From assembly GCA_010909165.1 (NCBI GenBank), contig MU008166.1, positions 248,001-312,000 of the forward strand: DNA of 64,000 bases, in the 5' to 3' direction. The translations under genes were made by a program, and so were the position numbers. How positions within the stretch are numbered: the first letter of the stretch is position 1; every line of letters starts with the position of its first letter. The notes beneath the pieces were generated by a model, which saw only the letters and a program-made list of their open reading frames with translations, did not search any database and was not told where the DNA came from. The stretch is from Anthoceros angustus. Its lineage: Eukaryota; Plantae; Anthocerotophyta. Below are positions 14,225-26,745 of the stretch, in pieces.

Positions 14225-14870
14225 TGCGGACGCTTGTGTGAGGGGCAGGGTAGGAACGGGACATGGGGCATCCCTGCCATCAAAACCATGCTGATTTTAG
14301 GTGTAGCCCGTGAGAATAGGAGATGATGTGTGCCAGTGTGCAAAGATGTAGAGAGGATTCCTCACATTTGTAGAGGAACGCCTCATTAGGACAGTGAAGG
14401 TGTATATGAACGGGATCTTGGGAACTCCAATCTGAGCAAAAAGCCGATTGTGGGCTTATCTCTTCAATAATGGGTATCTCTGGAGTGTCTCGAGCTGGGT
14501 GAAGAGTCATTTTTATTGCCCTACGATCCAGTATTCCTTGTTGTTTCACCATCTCGAAGCGCTCTTGCGCGAATGGAAGACGTTCCATTGTGACCACATT
14601 GTACCTGCCCGAGTGCATTTTTTCAATCTATGAGTGTGCATGGCTCGTTGCTGGAGGACTGGGCATCAGGCATCAAGCTTGCTCTTTCCCGATTAACATT
14701 TAGTAACAAGTCTGTACAGTTAGATCTTACAGAGGTTAGGGATATCCATGTAGAGTTCTTTTGAGAGAAGCGAAGAAAGTCTATTTTGCACTTCATTGCT
14801 GTATGCTAACAAGCCCTCTAGTATCATCAAGGGCCTATGTTTACTTATCTGCTTGTATGTGACAGCCTAG
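14225..14870 (-). mobile_element. Degenerate L1-type LINE 3' fragment (zf-RVT-like), copy 1
   Basis: Same-orientation homolog of 17630-18265. Minus frames give MKCKIDFLRF and CPVLQQRAMHTHRLKKCTRAGTMWSQW, resembling the K(C/V)K.FLW...C..C.....H....C..A...W zf-RVT pattern. Confidence 0.5.
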
Positions 14871-15089
14871 CAGCAGGTTGTCCGTGCGTGCATGCTTGTT
14901 CAGCACTCCCGTGTGATGAACAAGGCATTTGACTAGTATAAGATGTCTCGTGCAATAGGGATGCTAGCAATACAAGTAGCTTGTGGTACATGTTGGGTCT
15001 GAATGAGAGTGAGCAAATAAAGATCAAGGATATGTGATGTTGAGTGAAACTCGGCGTTTTGATATGTGTATGTGTGCCTTTGGATAAAG

Positions 15090-15700
15090 TCAAAGTTTTT
15101 TATTGGGGGGAAAAAAATGATGGGAAAAGCCTATCCAGTAGAGGACAAACAAGGGAGACCCTAAGGGTCGCGATGAAAAGAACCAACTAAGCTCCCTACC
15201 GGAAGTTCCCAATTGCACCTACAATATCAAATACGAGAAGAGTAAACGGCCTACAAACAATAGAGGAAGAGGAGGATGCATCAACTGCTGTCGCCGCTCT
15301 ATGAATGATCGCCGTGGAAAGCGCCTATTGAAGGGCAATTGAAACCCATTGTGTGAAGAACGCCGAGAAGTTGCAAAGGGACAGCTCTACATCGTGCCTG
15401 CAGGCATGATAAGCCTTGGCGCATGACTTGATAAATGTATCAAAATCCTAATTAGCCATTGCCCCATATGTTTCAATGGCGAAAGGAATGAATTGGTGGC
15501 CCGCCTGCATCCCGCTATATTTCTTGACTTTGAGAGCCGCCGCCCTAGCAGCAACCCATCCTGAACAATAAGTGATCACCCGCGCAGAGATGGTGTCGCA
15601 TGCAAGGTAAGTGACCACCACATCCGCCACTGAAACCTAGTCACCAAGTCAGCCCTGATAGACCGACCGGTATGAAGAGTGTACCCTATCGCATGAGGTA
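15090..15700 (-). mobile_element. RLE-type (CRE-like) non-LTR retrotransposon 3' fragment
   Basis: IRADL..VADVVVT..AARAAALKVKKYSGMQAGHQFIPFAIETYG. Homologous to 25170-25800, with an AATAAA-containing tail. Confidence 0.75.
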
Positions 15701-16209
15701 AGCACTTGCATTCATACAAGCACTTCCTCAACAGACAACCAAGTAAAACAAATCTAATATGCAAATATAGATGCAAACTAATAATAATAGGAGAGAGTAG
15801 CTTGCACGTCGTAGCACAAACACACTCTCCCCACGAGAACAACACCCAAATTCCTCACACATCGCTGTCAGAGTCATGGCTTTGGCCTACTTACAACACT
15901 CTTGCATTGCATATCTAGAGGACAAGTTATGATCATAGCTTGTCCTTTGTGAAAGGGTCTATATATACTAGCCTCTTGCATCGGCATATTCCTAAGATAT
16001 CCTATTGGCATCAGCATATGCCCTAAGAATACATTATAGTATGCAAGGAATATGCTAAGGTATATAACTTGTGCTTATCCACTTTATCTATTGCTAATCA
16101 TGTTTAATTAACACTAATCAACATTTAATTAACATAAATTTGTTAGATTAATTAATATTAATTATTTACTTAAAGATGAGTAATTAGATTAATTAACGCT
16201 AATCAACCA

Positions 16210-17250
16210 CTAAACCCAAAGTGCAGAGATTAGTGTCACACGGCATAACAACCCTCTCTTCCTCCAGGCCAGGTAGCCGTTTTCGCGGGCTATGGCAAAC
16301 ATGATATCATGGATTAGGTCATGGGTAGCAATGCAATGACCCTCATGGAGACAACGAGCAAGGTGAATCCTAGAGCCATTAAGGGCAGAGCTGCACTCGC
16401 AGGTAGGGAGGGAAGAAACTACATGTTGGAGCAGGCAAAGACGTAATCGCATTGCAGTAGAGAAGGTAGTTGGTGCGATGTGAAAACCCCATATATATGA
16501 ACGAGCTAAAAGCCACGAGCCTGTGTCCTTCCCGGAGCAAGGGCGAAGTCGAGCGCGTGTGCACCCGGTGATGGAGGGGTCCAGGAGGACAGCCTGGAAA
16601 GCTTGGCCAAGCTACTTCTGGAGCAAAGATGCCTACAGCCCCCTAAAACCATCGGTGACAAATATCGTGAAAGAGAGGAAGATTGCAGTTTGCTCATGCA
16701 AAACAGGACAAAGGTAGTAACTTGCTCATGCTAAACAGCTTTCCTCATCGTTTGCTGTTGAGGAGCTGCTGTTAACCGGTTGTGGGTGTGTGAAGCTATT
16801 ATAATAGTGTGGGTTTCCTATGATCCCCAATCTCTCCATAAACCAAAGACATGGACGGAGGTTGATATGTGGCTAAGTTGCTGCGAGCGACATCATAGTT
16901 GGTGCTTGATGGAAGACTTCGAACTTCACATGCAGCCTTTGGCTTTGCTAAGTTAAATGTGTGTAGGAGCTTCTGAGTGAACGACGGTCTGCTATTCTGG
17001 TTTCGAGGCATTGAGGACTCACCTCTGCCTACATCAAGTTACTTCTAGCTTTGAGGATGTAGGGCTGGTAGGGGACGCGCCGGATCTTGAGAGAAGGTCC
17101 TCCAACCATGGGGAGCTGTAAGCGGTCTTAACAGCGTTAAGAAATTCTAAGAGAAGTCGGGAATTTGGAGAATAGCATAAGTTTATCTAGCCTCTAGTTA
17201 CGTTGGTGCTGAAGGACTTGGTTTTTTAAGGTGGACCAATGAATGTGAGA
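16210..17250 (-). mobile_element. RLE-type (CRE-like) non-LTR retrotransposon fragment, zinc-knuckle region; left part clear, right boundary uncertain
   Basis: CECSSALNGSRIHLARCLHEGHCIATHDLIHDIMFAIARENG gives the C.C......H...C......H zinc finger found upstream of the RLE. Homologous to 25800-26100. Confidence 0.6.
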
Positions 17251-17629
17251 TGGCATGGGAGATTTTGCGAGGGGGAAAGAGGCAGTGCAGCGGCAAGTTT
17301 GTCAAGCTAAGAGGTAAGTACGTGTGCACTAGCTATGGAGGAGGAGCGGCATGATAAGGTGACCCTTACAGTGAAAATTGAGCATGACACCACCCAGGTG
17401 GCTGTCCCCGATACTGTGGACGAAGAAGAAGTAAAGTTAGTCAAGTCATTGGCAAGCGTCCTATTAGTCAAGGCACTTGCGAGGAGTGACAATGTGCTGA
17501 AGGTGCAAGGTGTGTGTGTGCAACTTCCACATGAGTAATTGATGATCAATTTGCAGGGCGAGAAGACAAGGCGAAGTTGCGACGCTGGCTATGCATGGTT
17601 CATGGGATTGCGGATTTATGCGCTCTGCC

Positions 17630-18265
17630 GTGGGTATGCCAGCTGCGCGAGGCAAGGCAGGAACGAGACATGGGGCATTCCCACCATTTTGATTTTAGGT
17701 GTAGCCCACCAGAATAGGAGATAGTTTGTGCTACTGTACAAATGTGTGGAAGAGAGGACTCCTCACGACTTTGAAGGAATGCCTCAGTAGGGCCATGAGG
17801 GTGTAGAAGAACGGGATCTTTGGAACTCCAATCTAAGCAGAAAGTTGATCGTGGGCTTATCTCTTCAATATTGGGTGTCTCTTGTGTGTCTTGAGTTAGC
17901 TGAAAAGTCATTCCTCCAGTATTTATTATTATTTCTCCATCTTGAAGCGTTGCTACGTGAATGGAAGACATTCCATTGCGACCACATTGTGCCTGCCTAA
18001 GTGCATTTTTTCAATCTGTGAGTGTGCAGGGCTCGTTGCTGGAGGATTGGGTATTAGGTATCAGGCTTGTCTTTCTCCGATTAACATTTGGTAACAAGCC
18101 TGTACAGTTATATCTTATAGAGGTTAGGGATGTCCATGTAGAGTCCTTGTGAGAGAAGCGAAGAAAGTCTATTTTGCATTTCATCGCTGTGTGCTAACCA
18201 ACTCTACAATATGATCAAGGGCATGTGTTTACTTATCCGCTTATGCGTGATGGCCTAGGAGCTGG
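17630..18265 (-). mobile_element. Degenerate L1-type LINE 3' fragment, copy 2
   Basis: Aligns along its length with 14225-14870 (shared blocks gattttaggtgtagccc, gggcttatctcttcaata, gagagaagcgaagaaagtctattttgca). Confidence 0.5.
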
Positions 18266-19517
18266 CTATCCCCTCAAGCCGTACCCCCACCTAATACGCC
18301 GCACTAAGTAGTAAAATAGCGAGGCCGTCACATGGAAACTCGCCCAGGATGGGCGCCCTCCGGTTCCCATATCCATATGGGCTAATTCACAAGGCCAAGC
18401 CATAGGTCGCCGCAACGCCCTCATGGCTCCTATTGCGGGGCTATAGGGCATCACGACTAAAACCCTATTGTTCATGAGTTTGAAATTTTATCTTACTCTT
18501 AATTTATTACCAATTTATAATTTATTAATGTGCCCTTGTAGCATATTGGTGAGTAACGTCCCTTGTCAATGCTTGACCCGATTTTGATCGTTTGATCCTC
18601 GACAAGGGCATATCATCCATTATTTAAGGGATATGATATTATTTTATTCTATATTTGGGGATCCCAAATTCGGAGCAAATACTCACTCCGATGGTGCGGG
18701 AGCTGGAGATTGAGAGCAAAGGGCAAGTGTCCCAAATTCGGAGCAAATACCAACTCCGATAAGGATGCACGAAGAGATGTCCGTAGCCCGAAAACTTAAT
18801 AGTAAGAAGAGTTGGTCTTCGCATTTGATTCTTTGATCCAACTCCTTGCCAAGGATATCAAAGATTGTCTGCACTAGAACCCCTACAATATGAAATTATT
18901 TTATTTATGATTTTTATTTGATATAAAATTATTTTATTTATAAGGTGAATTAAGTTTCGAGATCTAGATTATTTCTCAAGTTAGTGTCATACACATAGAC
19001 CAAAGTGAAAGAAAGAGTGCAAAGACGAATGATGATGTTCGCAAGAGGAGAAAACACCATAGCAAGTCATACAAACGAAGTTGCGATAGTGACTTGCGCT
19101 TTCGTAAGTGAATGGATAGGGTGTTGTTACACTTTGGTGGTCTGGAGGCTGCTTAGTGCTGGGATGAAGTGATAAGTCTAGGTCCTGATAGCCAGCCGTG
19201 ATGATCCAGTCTGGATCACTGCCACTGCTTGCTTGCTCGGTGACACGGAGAGAGAGAGAAAGGGAAGGGAGGGGAAGCAAAGAATTTCTCGCTTCAAATT
19301 GGGAGCTGGAATGGTGACCCAGGGGATAGTGGGGATCTACGAGGCTCCAACCTCCGTGATGTCCGTAGAAACAGTACAAGTGATGCAAATCGGCATGAGC
19401 AGGATGCGTGGAGTGGAGGCCAGAGACGGCCATAGCCATGGACAGGGTAAGGTGGAGGAATGTTTACACTACAAGGACGGAGCCTCAAACACTTGTGTGG
19501 AGAAAGAACGACGGTGG

Positions 19518-19994
19518 CTAGCCTCGGGAACCGGAACTGGTGCGATCGAATTGCGACTCCTGGCAGTAGGGTTCAAGCCAGTCGGTCGCGGGGCCGGCGA
19601 GTGCAGGGGCGCCGGACTTAGTTCCCATGAGGTCCCGCAACACCTCCACCTTGTTCTCACGTCCCCCGGCCGCCGAGCCTCCGCCAGCTTTCTTGTCCGC
19701 ATCCTTGAGCCTGTGCTTGAGCCGCTGCTTCCTCGGCTGTGGCTCCGGATGCTTCCGCGGCCCGCCGTGCGGCCCTAGGTAGATGCCCTGCCCGCCTCCA
19801 CTTCCAGCTGCACTGTGCGAAGCCGCGGACGCCATGGCCGTGCCCGCATCAGATCTGCCTGCACCTTGCCCTGGCCCTGTTCCTGCCCCAGCATGCTTGC
19901 CCCCCGCCGTATCCAAGCTGGGAATCTGGAAGTCATCCGCATCCCAGCCGCCGCCGTCGTCGTCATCCGCGGGCAGCTTCGATGAAAGATCCAT
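19518..19994 (-). CDS. Conserved plant protein of unknown function (158 aa, single exon)
   Basis: WDADDFQIPSL, IYLGPHG, RKQRLKHRLKDADKK, GRENKVEVLRDLMG and DWLEPYCQESQFD resemble an uncharacterised small plant family I recall but cannot name. Clean ATG-to-stop ORF. Confidence 0.75.
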   Translation of the reverse strand: MDLSSKLPADDDDGGGWDADDFQIPSLDTAGGKHAGAGTGPGQGAGRSDAGTAMASAASHSAAGSGGGQGIYLGPHGGPRKHPEPQPRKQRLKHRLKDADKKAGGGSAAGGRENKVEVLRDLMGTKSGAPALAGPATDWLEPYCQESQFDRTSSGSRG

Positions 19995-20698
19995 GGCGGC
20001 GGCTCCGCTGCTGCAAACGGAGCAGGCCGAGGAGCAGGCAGACTGGATAGATCATCCCCCTCTTGGTACGTCCGTGTGAAACGATATAAAACCTACCCTA
20101 CTCGACCACTACGTCGTGTTTTTCCCAGCCATGTAAATCGAAAAGCTGTTTCGCTACATAGCCAGGAATCGAATCGAAAAGCTGTTTCGCTTCTGAGAGC
20201 TTTCTCACAAGCGAGACATTTCTCAAGGGCAGGAATAGTTGCACGGTGGTCACCTATGTTCCGACAGCCTTCCTTCACTATCGCATGTCTTCTAAGCCTG
20301 CTTCATAATCGTGTCGAATGCCTAGGATTTTGTTGACCGTAATGCCAGGTCGCCAAGTCTGATCCATCAGCAGCATGTTTTACAAAGTCCGCTGATGGCA
20401 TTTACCTTATTCAACTGCGCAAAGAGAGGTTGCTTGTGAAGTAGCTTCTCAACTTTCCTGCGAGGAGGCCCTTCTTTAGCTTCAGTCTAATGTGCGCGAG
20501 GCACCCCGCAGTGTGGTTTCTGACAGCTGTAAAGAGGATAAAAAGAGGATGCTTCTTCTTCTTCCACTTCTGTAAGTCTTTAATTACACTCTCAGTCAGG
20601 GAGACCCTGACCTAACCTGTCCTCTACCGGCACACACACAGACACACTCTTTCTTCTACCTGTACACATGTACACAGAGACATCTCTGCACTTCCTTC

Positions 20699-22916
20699 TC
20701 AATCTGTCTCTTCCTCTGGACTACGTGCTGATCCAGAGAACCCAATTTTACTCGCAATGTTACTGAAGAGGCCAGAACTTTCGTGCTGTTCACTCGGACT
20801 TTTCTGTTCCTGTTCACCTGGCTTCTTGTCTATCTCTGACATGCTTTTCGATCGTGATAATCCAATCTTCTTCCCAATGGTACCCAGAATGCTAGAAGTT
20901 TTCTTCGTTTCACTGGGAGTGTTCTCGTCCTGTTCGCTCGAACGCTCATCGCTCGCTGCTTCCTTGGCATCTCCTTCCTCACGCGTCTCATCCTTCAAAG
21001 TTGGCTTTTCGTCTACAGCTTGACTACCTTGTGATGAACTTTTTGATCCTGATAATCCAATCTTCCTTCCAATGCTACCCAAAAAGCTAGGACTCTTTTC
21101 CGTCTCAGTGGACATTTTCTCGTCCTGTCCGCTCAAGTTCTCATCATGCTCTGCGTCCTTGGCATTTCCTTGCTCACGAGTCTCATCTTTGAGAGCCAGC
21201 TTCTCGTCTAACGCTTGACTAAGATCCGACTCCATTTTTTCAGTGACCGTGTCGAGATAGTTCACGTCGTTCTCCTCGGTGTCATCAGATGGGAAAAGCA
21301 CCCTCTCTGCAAGTGGCTGCTACACCAATTGATACACAGCACAAGACCGTCAGTCAACACAGAGTGTAACACTAGTGCAACGGCAACAAATAACTCACCG
21401 CACTGATTCCCTCTAAGTCTTTCTGCCGTGGGAGGTCTCCCTTCTCTGTCGCACTTGAAATCTCTTCAAAAGAGGAGGAGGAGGATGAGGAGCTTTCTCT
21501 CTCAAATTCTTGCGTGCTGGAGCGGCTATTGCTCCACAATGTCTGCTTTACTTTGCTCAAGAAACCAGGCTTGGCTTCATCCTCCACATCCGCTTCCTTC
21601 TCGACGGCAGAATTTGCTCCTTCCTTGATGCCAGGATGCGATTCTCCCTCCGCTCCTGCACCTTCGCTACCCTCGTCATAGAACTGCGGTACAGTGGATG
21701 GAGCATCCGCCGTAGTTCCCTCCATATCAACCGCAAACTTGTCCCTCGGCAACTCCTCAAGATCTTTGTCAGATTCCTGCTGTGTGAGATCTATCTGTCG
21801 TGGTGCACTTGAAACAGGAACCTTGACAAGGTCCTCCGCCTCTTCAGATGAATTCAATGCGGAAGAGGATGAAATGTTATGTCTTTCCACTCCATGCCTT
21901 CCCTCATCCTGCTTAGTGGAGCTGTTGTTGCTCAACACAGTCTCTTTCTCTTCCTCCACATTAGGATGAGCTTCTGTCTCGGCTTCTGTACTTTCGATAG
22001 TCTTGTCATACGTCTGCTGGAAAGCGGATGGAGCATCTGCAAACTCTTCCCCATTGTGCCCACTCTCGTGCAGGCCTAGGAACTGGGCATCTTCTCCACT
22101 GTCCTTGCCTTGCTCCAGGTTCACAAGCTCCTCCTTCTCCTCGACCCTGGCCTCATCCCCAACACGAGGGCCAAGGTAGCTTCCAACACCCTTGCTGCTC
22201 TGCTGGAAAGTGGATGAGGCATCTGCAAACTCCGGCTCCTCTAAACTGATCCCAATGTCGGCAACGTAATCAGGAATAGGATCTACAACGGTGTGGCACT
22301 GCACAGGCCCGGAAGGAGGCGAACGCGAATCCTCCGCCACCACCTCCACCTTTCCCAGCTCCCCTTTCAGATTCTGAAAACCAGTTTCAGAGTCTGCATT
22401 TGCGGAATCAGCAGCGTCCTCTCCCTTAGGAAATGCAGAGTCGGAATGAGGACGAACACCCTTCTCCCCAAGCAGGTGCACACGCTCCCCTTTATCCTTC
22501 AGCATGTTACTGAGATTCTCGAACGCAGGGTGTGAAGAAGCATCTTTTGGGCCAGCAGCAGCAGGTGCTTCAACCTTATCACCAGCTGCTGGAGTCCCAC
22601 CCTCCGTACAAAACACTCCCATCAACTTCCCCAAAATGGATGGCTTCTCATCAGCATCCGGAGGTAGAACATCAGCTCTGTTAGGATGAAAACTGGCTCT
22701 CCTCATATCCAAATTGCGGTTAACATCATACTCTGATGCTTCAGTCGTTAGACCCACAGGGTCCTCTGCATTCAACCAGGACAATGTTCATCAAATAACA
22801 TCAACCCACCACCCAAAGAACTCATCAGCAATGCCGAGGCTAGGTTACGTACCATGATGGTCCTCAATGTCGTGATGAGGATCTTCAGATTCCCTTCTTA
22901 ACTGCAACGAAGCCAT
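20699..22916 (-). CDS. Large acidic intrinsically disordered protein with dehydrin-like K- and S-type segments (~680 aa, 3 exons)
   Basis: ATG at 22916, GT at 22852, AG at 22766; exon 2 to 21399; exon 3 from ~21304. E/D/S/K-rich, with a poly-Ser tract and five amphipathic motifs of the type G(F/I)L.K(I/V)..K.G. Confidence 0.75.
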
Positions 22917-23049
22917 TGCTTAGCTCAAGAAGCACACTACCAGCAGCACGTTCTCCTTCCTTTCCAACCTTTCCCAAAATCGTCGACCGGAGAAGAGGAT
23001 CCATCTTTATCAGCACGAACTGAAGCTGTCCACGGTCGCCACGCAAAGA

Positions 23050-23060
23050 GGACACGTGGC
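23050..23060. promoter_or_regulatory. Em1a-type ABRE (GGACACGTGGC) upstream of the dehydrin-like gene
   Basis: Exact GGACACGTGGC about 135 bp upstream of ATG 22916, with GCCACGC motifs nearby (~23037, ~23093). Confidence 0.55.
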
Positions 23061-23417
23061 TGCGTCTCTGGGCGCCGGGTAGGCAGTCTGTTTGCCACGC
23101 GGCCCAACATTTGCGATAAGCGCCTGTTTCGGACGCCTTTAATCACCATGACACCGGTCTGCTGAGCAGCTTGCCCCATCACCATTGTTATCCTGAACGA
23201 AGCTAGTTCTCGGCGGCACGCCTGAGAAATGGCACACCTGTTTAAGTACCATTCGAATAAGGAACTTGGTAGAGCAAGAAGTACAGGAAGGGAGTGCGTG
23301 CTGTTGTGCAATATTCATTTAAGAGGGCGCCAGATGACGTCCCAAGGAGTCCCAAGGACGTGAATGTCCTTCCGAGCAGACAATTGAGTGAGTGGGGATA
23401 CAAATGCTCCACAAATT

Positions 23418-24593
23418 TCACGATGTGAACTTAGCTCCTGCTGCCGTCAGCAATGGGATCAATTGCCCCATGGAGTGGAGTGCCATGGTATCTGCAAATG
23501 AGAAGATTTGTGAGTCGGCTGATAAATGCTCAGCAGCTCAGCTGGTGAATTTTTAGCAGAATAGGAAAAGGAAGTTTCGCTTGAAGACAAGAAGGCAGGC
23601 TCGCTCACCATCACAACCACCGATGTGCTTCCCACCTGCACGATCAACGGAAAATGTGAGAAAGACCTCACAACGACGAAATCACTCACATCTGTCCCCT
23701 ACCGATGAAAACATTTGGTACAGATGATTGTCCCGAAATCCTCCGGAGAGCCGCTTGCACGTCTCGCCCCTCAACTGTATTCACAGCAAGGCAAGGATGT
23801 CATGTGGCAATCTTCAGCTTCTTCAGTTTGCATTGGTATGAGGTACAACCTTGCAAAATTTAGGCAAGACAGCATTATTTCATCAAGCACTTGCAAAACC
23901 ATAGGAAGTACTAACCTAGCTGATCAAGCTCGACCAGGACGAAGGAGACGTTAAGTTTATTGAAAAGACTCTTCACCTGCCCGCAATACCTGCGGACCAT
24001 CAAAGTAGATGAGCATGGTGGATGCCACTCCAGCATGAGTAGCGCATTAGCCTGTGAGCAGAATCCTGCAGAGGACACCTCCCAACACAAAATCTGAGGA
24101 CAATTTCAGAAATTCTGTCAGCACTTGCAGTCAGCAATTGATCTCCAAGAGCTTACGGGCACCACGTCTTGGAGTAGACAACCACGGGGTTCAGCTCGTT
24201 CTTGCTCTTAATCAGATCTTCAAGCTGCGCCGCTTCCGGCTTGCCCGCCATGCTCCGCACAGGGCCTAAGCTGCTCTTCCGCACCGCTGGCCACGGCAAC
24301 ACCCGCACTCCGTGCCTAAACCCTTGGCTGAGCTCCTGTAACCTCCCGCCTGCAGAAATCAGGGCCCTGGGACTAGTGGACACGGAATTGGCCACCGCGG
24401 GCGGCAGCAGCGGCGAGGGGAAAGCGGCGGGAGGCAACACGCATCGAGAACCGGACCAGATTTCGTGCGCCTTCATGCGGCTCGTCTTGTTCACACTCCC
24501 ATGGAAGCACGCGGTAGGAGGGGGAAGACGGGGAGCAGACACATAAGTGGACAACACGCAGAGGTTACCCAGCGCTGCCGTCGCCATACCCAC
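23418..24593 (-). CDS. Plastid-targeted class I glutaredoxin (GrxC5/S12 subgroup), active site WCPYC, 5 exons
   Basis: Ser/Ala/Pro/Arg-rich transit peptide, then NPVVVYSKTWCP|YCGQVKSLF, ISGQSSVPNVFIG|GKHIGGCD|DTMALHSMGQLIPLL. Stop at 23418-23420. Confidence 0.93.
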
Positions 24594-25169
24594 CCCGCTT
24601 GTTCAAGGTCTTGCCGCGGTTTTCTTGGAGTTGGTCGGCTCCAATCCCGCTTTAATTCGTAAACCCTAATGAACCTCTCCCTCCTGCATGTCCGCCTTCT
24701 TCCCCTCGTTGATCGGTCGATCTTCCAGTGCACAGGGAGTGGAAGCTGTAGGCTGCCATGATGCATTGCATGCCGTGGTCGAAGATTTCTGTGCAAGGTC
24801 ATCGCAATTTCATCGATGCATCCAGAACAAGGAAGAAGCCGGTGGCACTCACTAGCGACATGGTACTTTTGCTCTGACGGCTACTGATTCGCGGTGCGGA
24901 GGTGATGAGCCGCATTCGGCGATGATCTTTGTCGATGCTCCAACGAGCCAAGCAAGAATTACCTCAAGGTTTTGCGAGCTTCACTTGGCCAAGCATGGGA
25001 ATTCAAATTGAAATTCTACTTGCGGGGAATTCAATCTGACATGATCGCAGCCTCCATTTTTTCAAAACAGCTGTAGCGAGCAAGCTTTCAAGTTGATGTT
25101 CTCGTCACAGCAACTTGTGCTTGTGACTGTTCTTGGTGAGAGGACATGACACGGAGAGAACAAAGAGAG

Positions 25170-26745
25170 GAATGAAGACTTTATTGTAAAAAAAAGATGG
25201 GGGAAAAAGCATCTACCCCGTGACAAGGGGAACAACCTTAAGAGGGCACAGACCATGGGCGACTAACCTTCGTTGTCGCCGACCTTGTAACTACCTACCG
25301 CGCCAAGAATATCATAGTACCTTGTAACTACCTACCGCGCCAAGAATATCATAGTCAGGATAGGGAAAGGGCATGGCTGTCGAAGATGCCACCTTCCCTG
25401 CGCTTGCCGTTGTCTTATATACTGTGTTGGCCAATGCCCTCTGCGGAACGATGGACATCGGTTGTCTGAAGAAAGCCACAATACAAGAAAGAGGGAGGCC
25501 AACCCCATTCCTGCGAATGTGGTACTTCCTGGCACAAGCTTTAAGGAACCTAGAGAAGTCCTTGCCCATGGCCCCGTGGGTCTCGATGGCGAGGGGGATG
25601 AAATCGTGCCCTTGCTGCATAGGAGAGTATTTACGGGCCTTTGCCGTGGCGCATTCCTTCGGTTCCCACCCCAGAGGGTTGATGATCATATGCTCACTTA
25701 CGGTATCCTAGGTAGAGTCAGTTACAACCACATCTGCAACTGAATCCTGGTCCCCCGGGTCAAAAATAGGTCTGCCCTGAGAGAAACCCCGTTGGGCATA
25801 GCGTAAGGGCGCTCCCTGTAGGGAAAGAAGCCATCCTCCTTGGCCAATGAGAACATGGCATCGCGAACGGCTTCATGCGTAGCGATGCACTACCCACCAG
25901 CGGGACAGCAGGCAAAGTGGCTCCCCGAATCATCGACGGGGGCCCCACTGCTGCAAGCCTGGAGAGGGCAGGCCAAAGGGAAGATCAGGCCCCCTGAAAC
26001 CTCATCGCAGCAGAGAAAGAGGATGGTGTGATTCGGAAAGCCTGGATGCAAGGCCGAGCTAGAAGCCATGAACCTACTCCCTTCCCCGAGCAAGAGCAGA
26101 GATGAGCGAAGATGAGCCAGCTGCACCTATCGATATTGCTTCTCCAGGAGGGAGCCCACGAAACCCGACCTTGGGGAGCAAAGCAAAAGGAGGCATGGCA
26201 GCCCTAGCTTCTGTGGGTAGGGATCCTCTACCCAATCGGAGGGACACCTGTAGGAAAAAAGCACCCTCCTCAACGCCCGCGACGAAGGACTCCAAAATGC
26301 GAGGATCCTTGATTAGGAAACGGGAGGCTAGGAGGGGGGCAGAAAGGGCCCAACTCCCAAGGAAAGCCCAGGCGCAGAGACCTCTATGGCCAACAGACTA
26401 GTGCCCCCAAATGCAACGGGGAGGGACACTTGTCGCCGGGCCAAATCCTCGGCTGCGCACTCGAAGGTGCCCGGGCCAATGATGTTGGCCCTGCCTACAG
26501 GACCTATCGTCAAAATCCCTCAAGCTGGACAAGAACTCCAGGGAGCGCGGAACTGTGCGGAGGAGGTAGCCCGCACGGTGCGCAAAATAAGAAGATAGAA
26601 TAATAGCGTCTGGGTAGAAAGGGGTTTCTCCAGCAAAAAGGAGATATGGCTAAAATCCCATCTTTTTTTGGACAAAAATGCGTATTCTCTTTTTTTTAGG
26701 CTTTTTTTGAGGGTATTTGCTAATTTTAATATGGTGTTCAAACCC
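25170..26745 (-). mobile_element. 5'-truncated RLE-type (CRE-like) non-LTR retrotransposon: RT C-terminus, zinc finger and restriction-like endonuclease
   Basis: YLLILRTV, C..GAPVDDSGSHFACCPAGG*CIATHEAVRD, RADLFL..ADVVV, AKARKYSPMQQGHDFIPLAIETHG, VAFFRQ..SI..QRALA. Several stops and frameshifts; 37-bp tandem duplication at 25284-25357. Confidence 0.8.

Noticed and set aside
14560-14620. CDHIVP as an HNH nuclease motif (also at ~17975)
   Set aside because: It lies antisense to the LINE-like frame, with no flanking Cys pairs or downstream N/H residues.
14225-18265. The two ~640-bp direct repeats as LTRs of one retroelement
   Set aside because: No TG..CA ends, PBS, PPT or internal gag-pol; they translate as zf-RVT-like LINE sequence.
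18330-18352. acatggaaactcgccc as the partner of the 31451-31469 Harbinger TIR
   Set aside because: It is in the same orientation rather than inverted, and host genes lie between; at most a separate MITE-end remnant.
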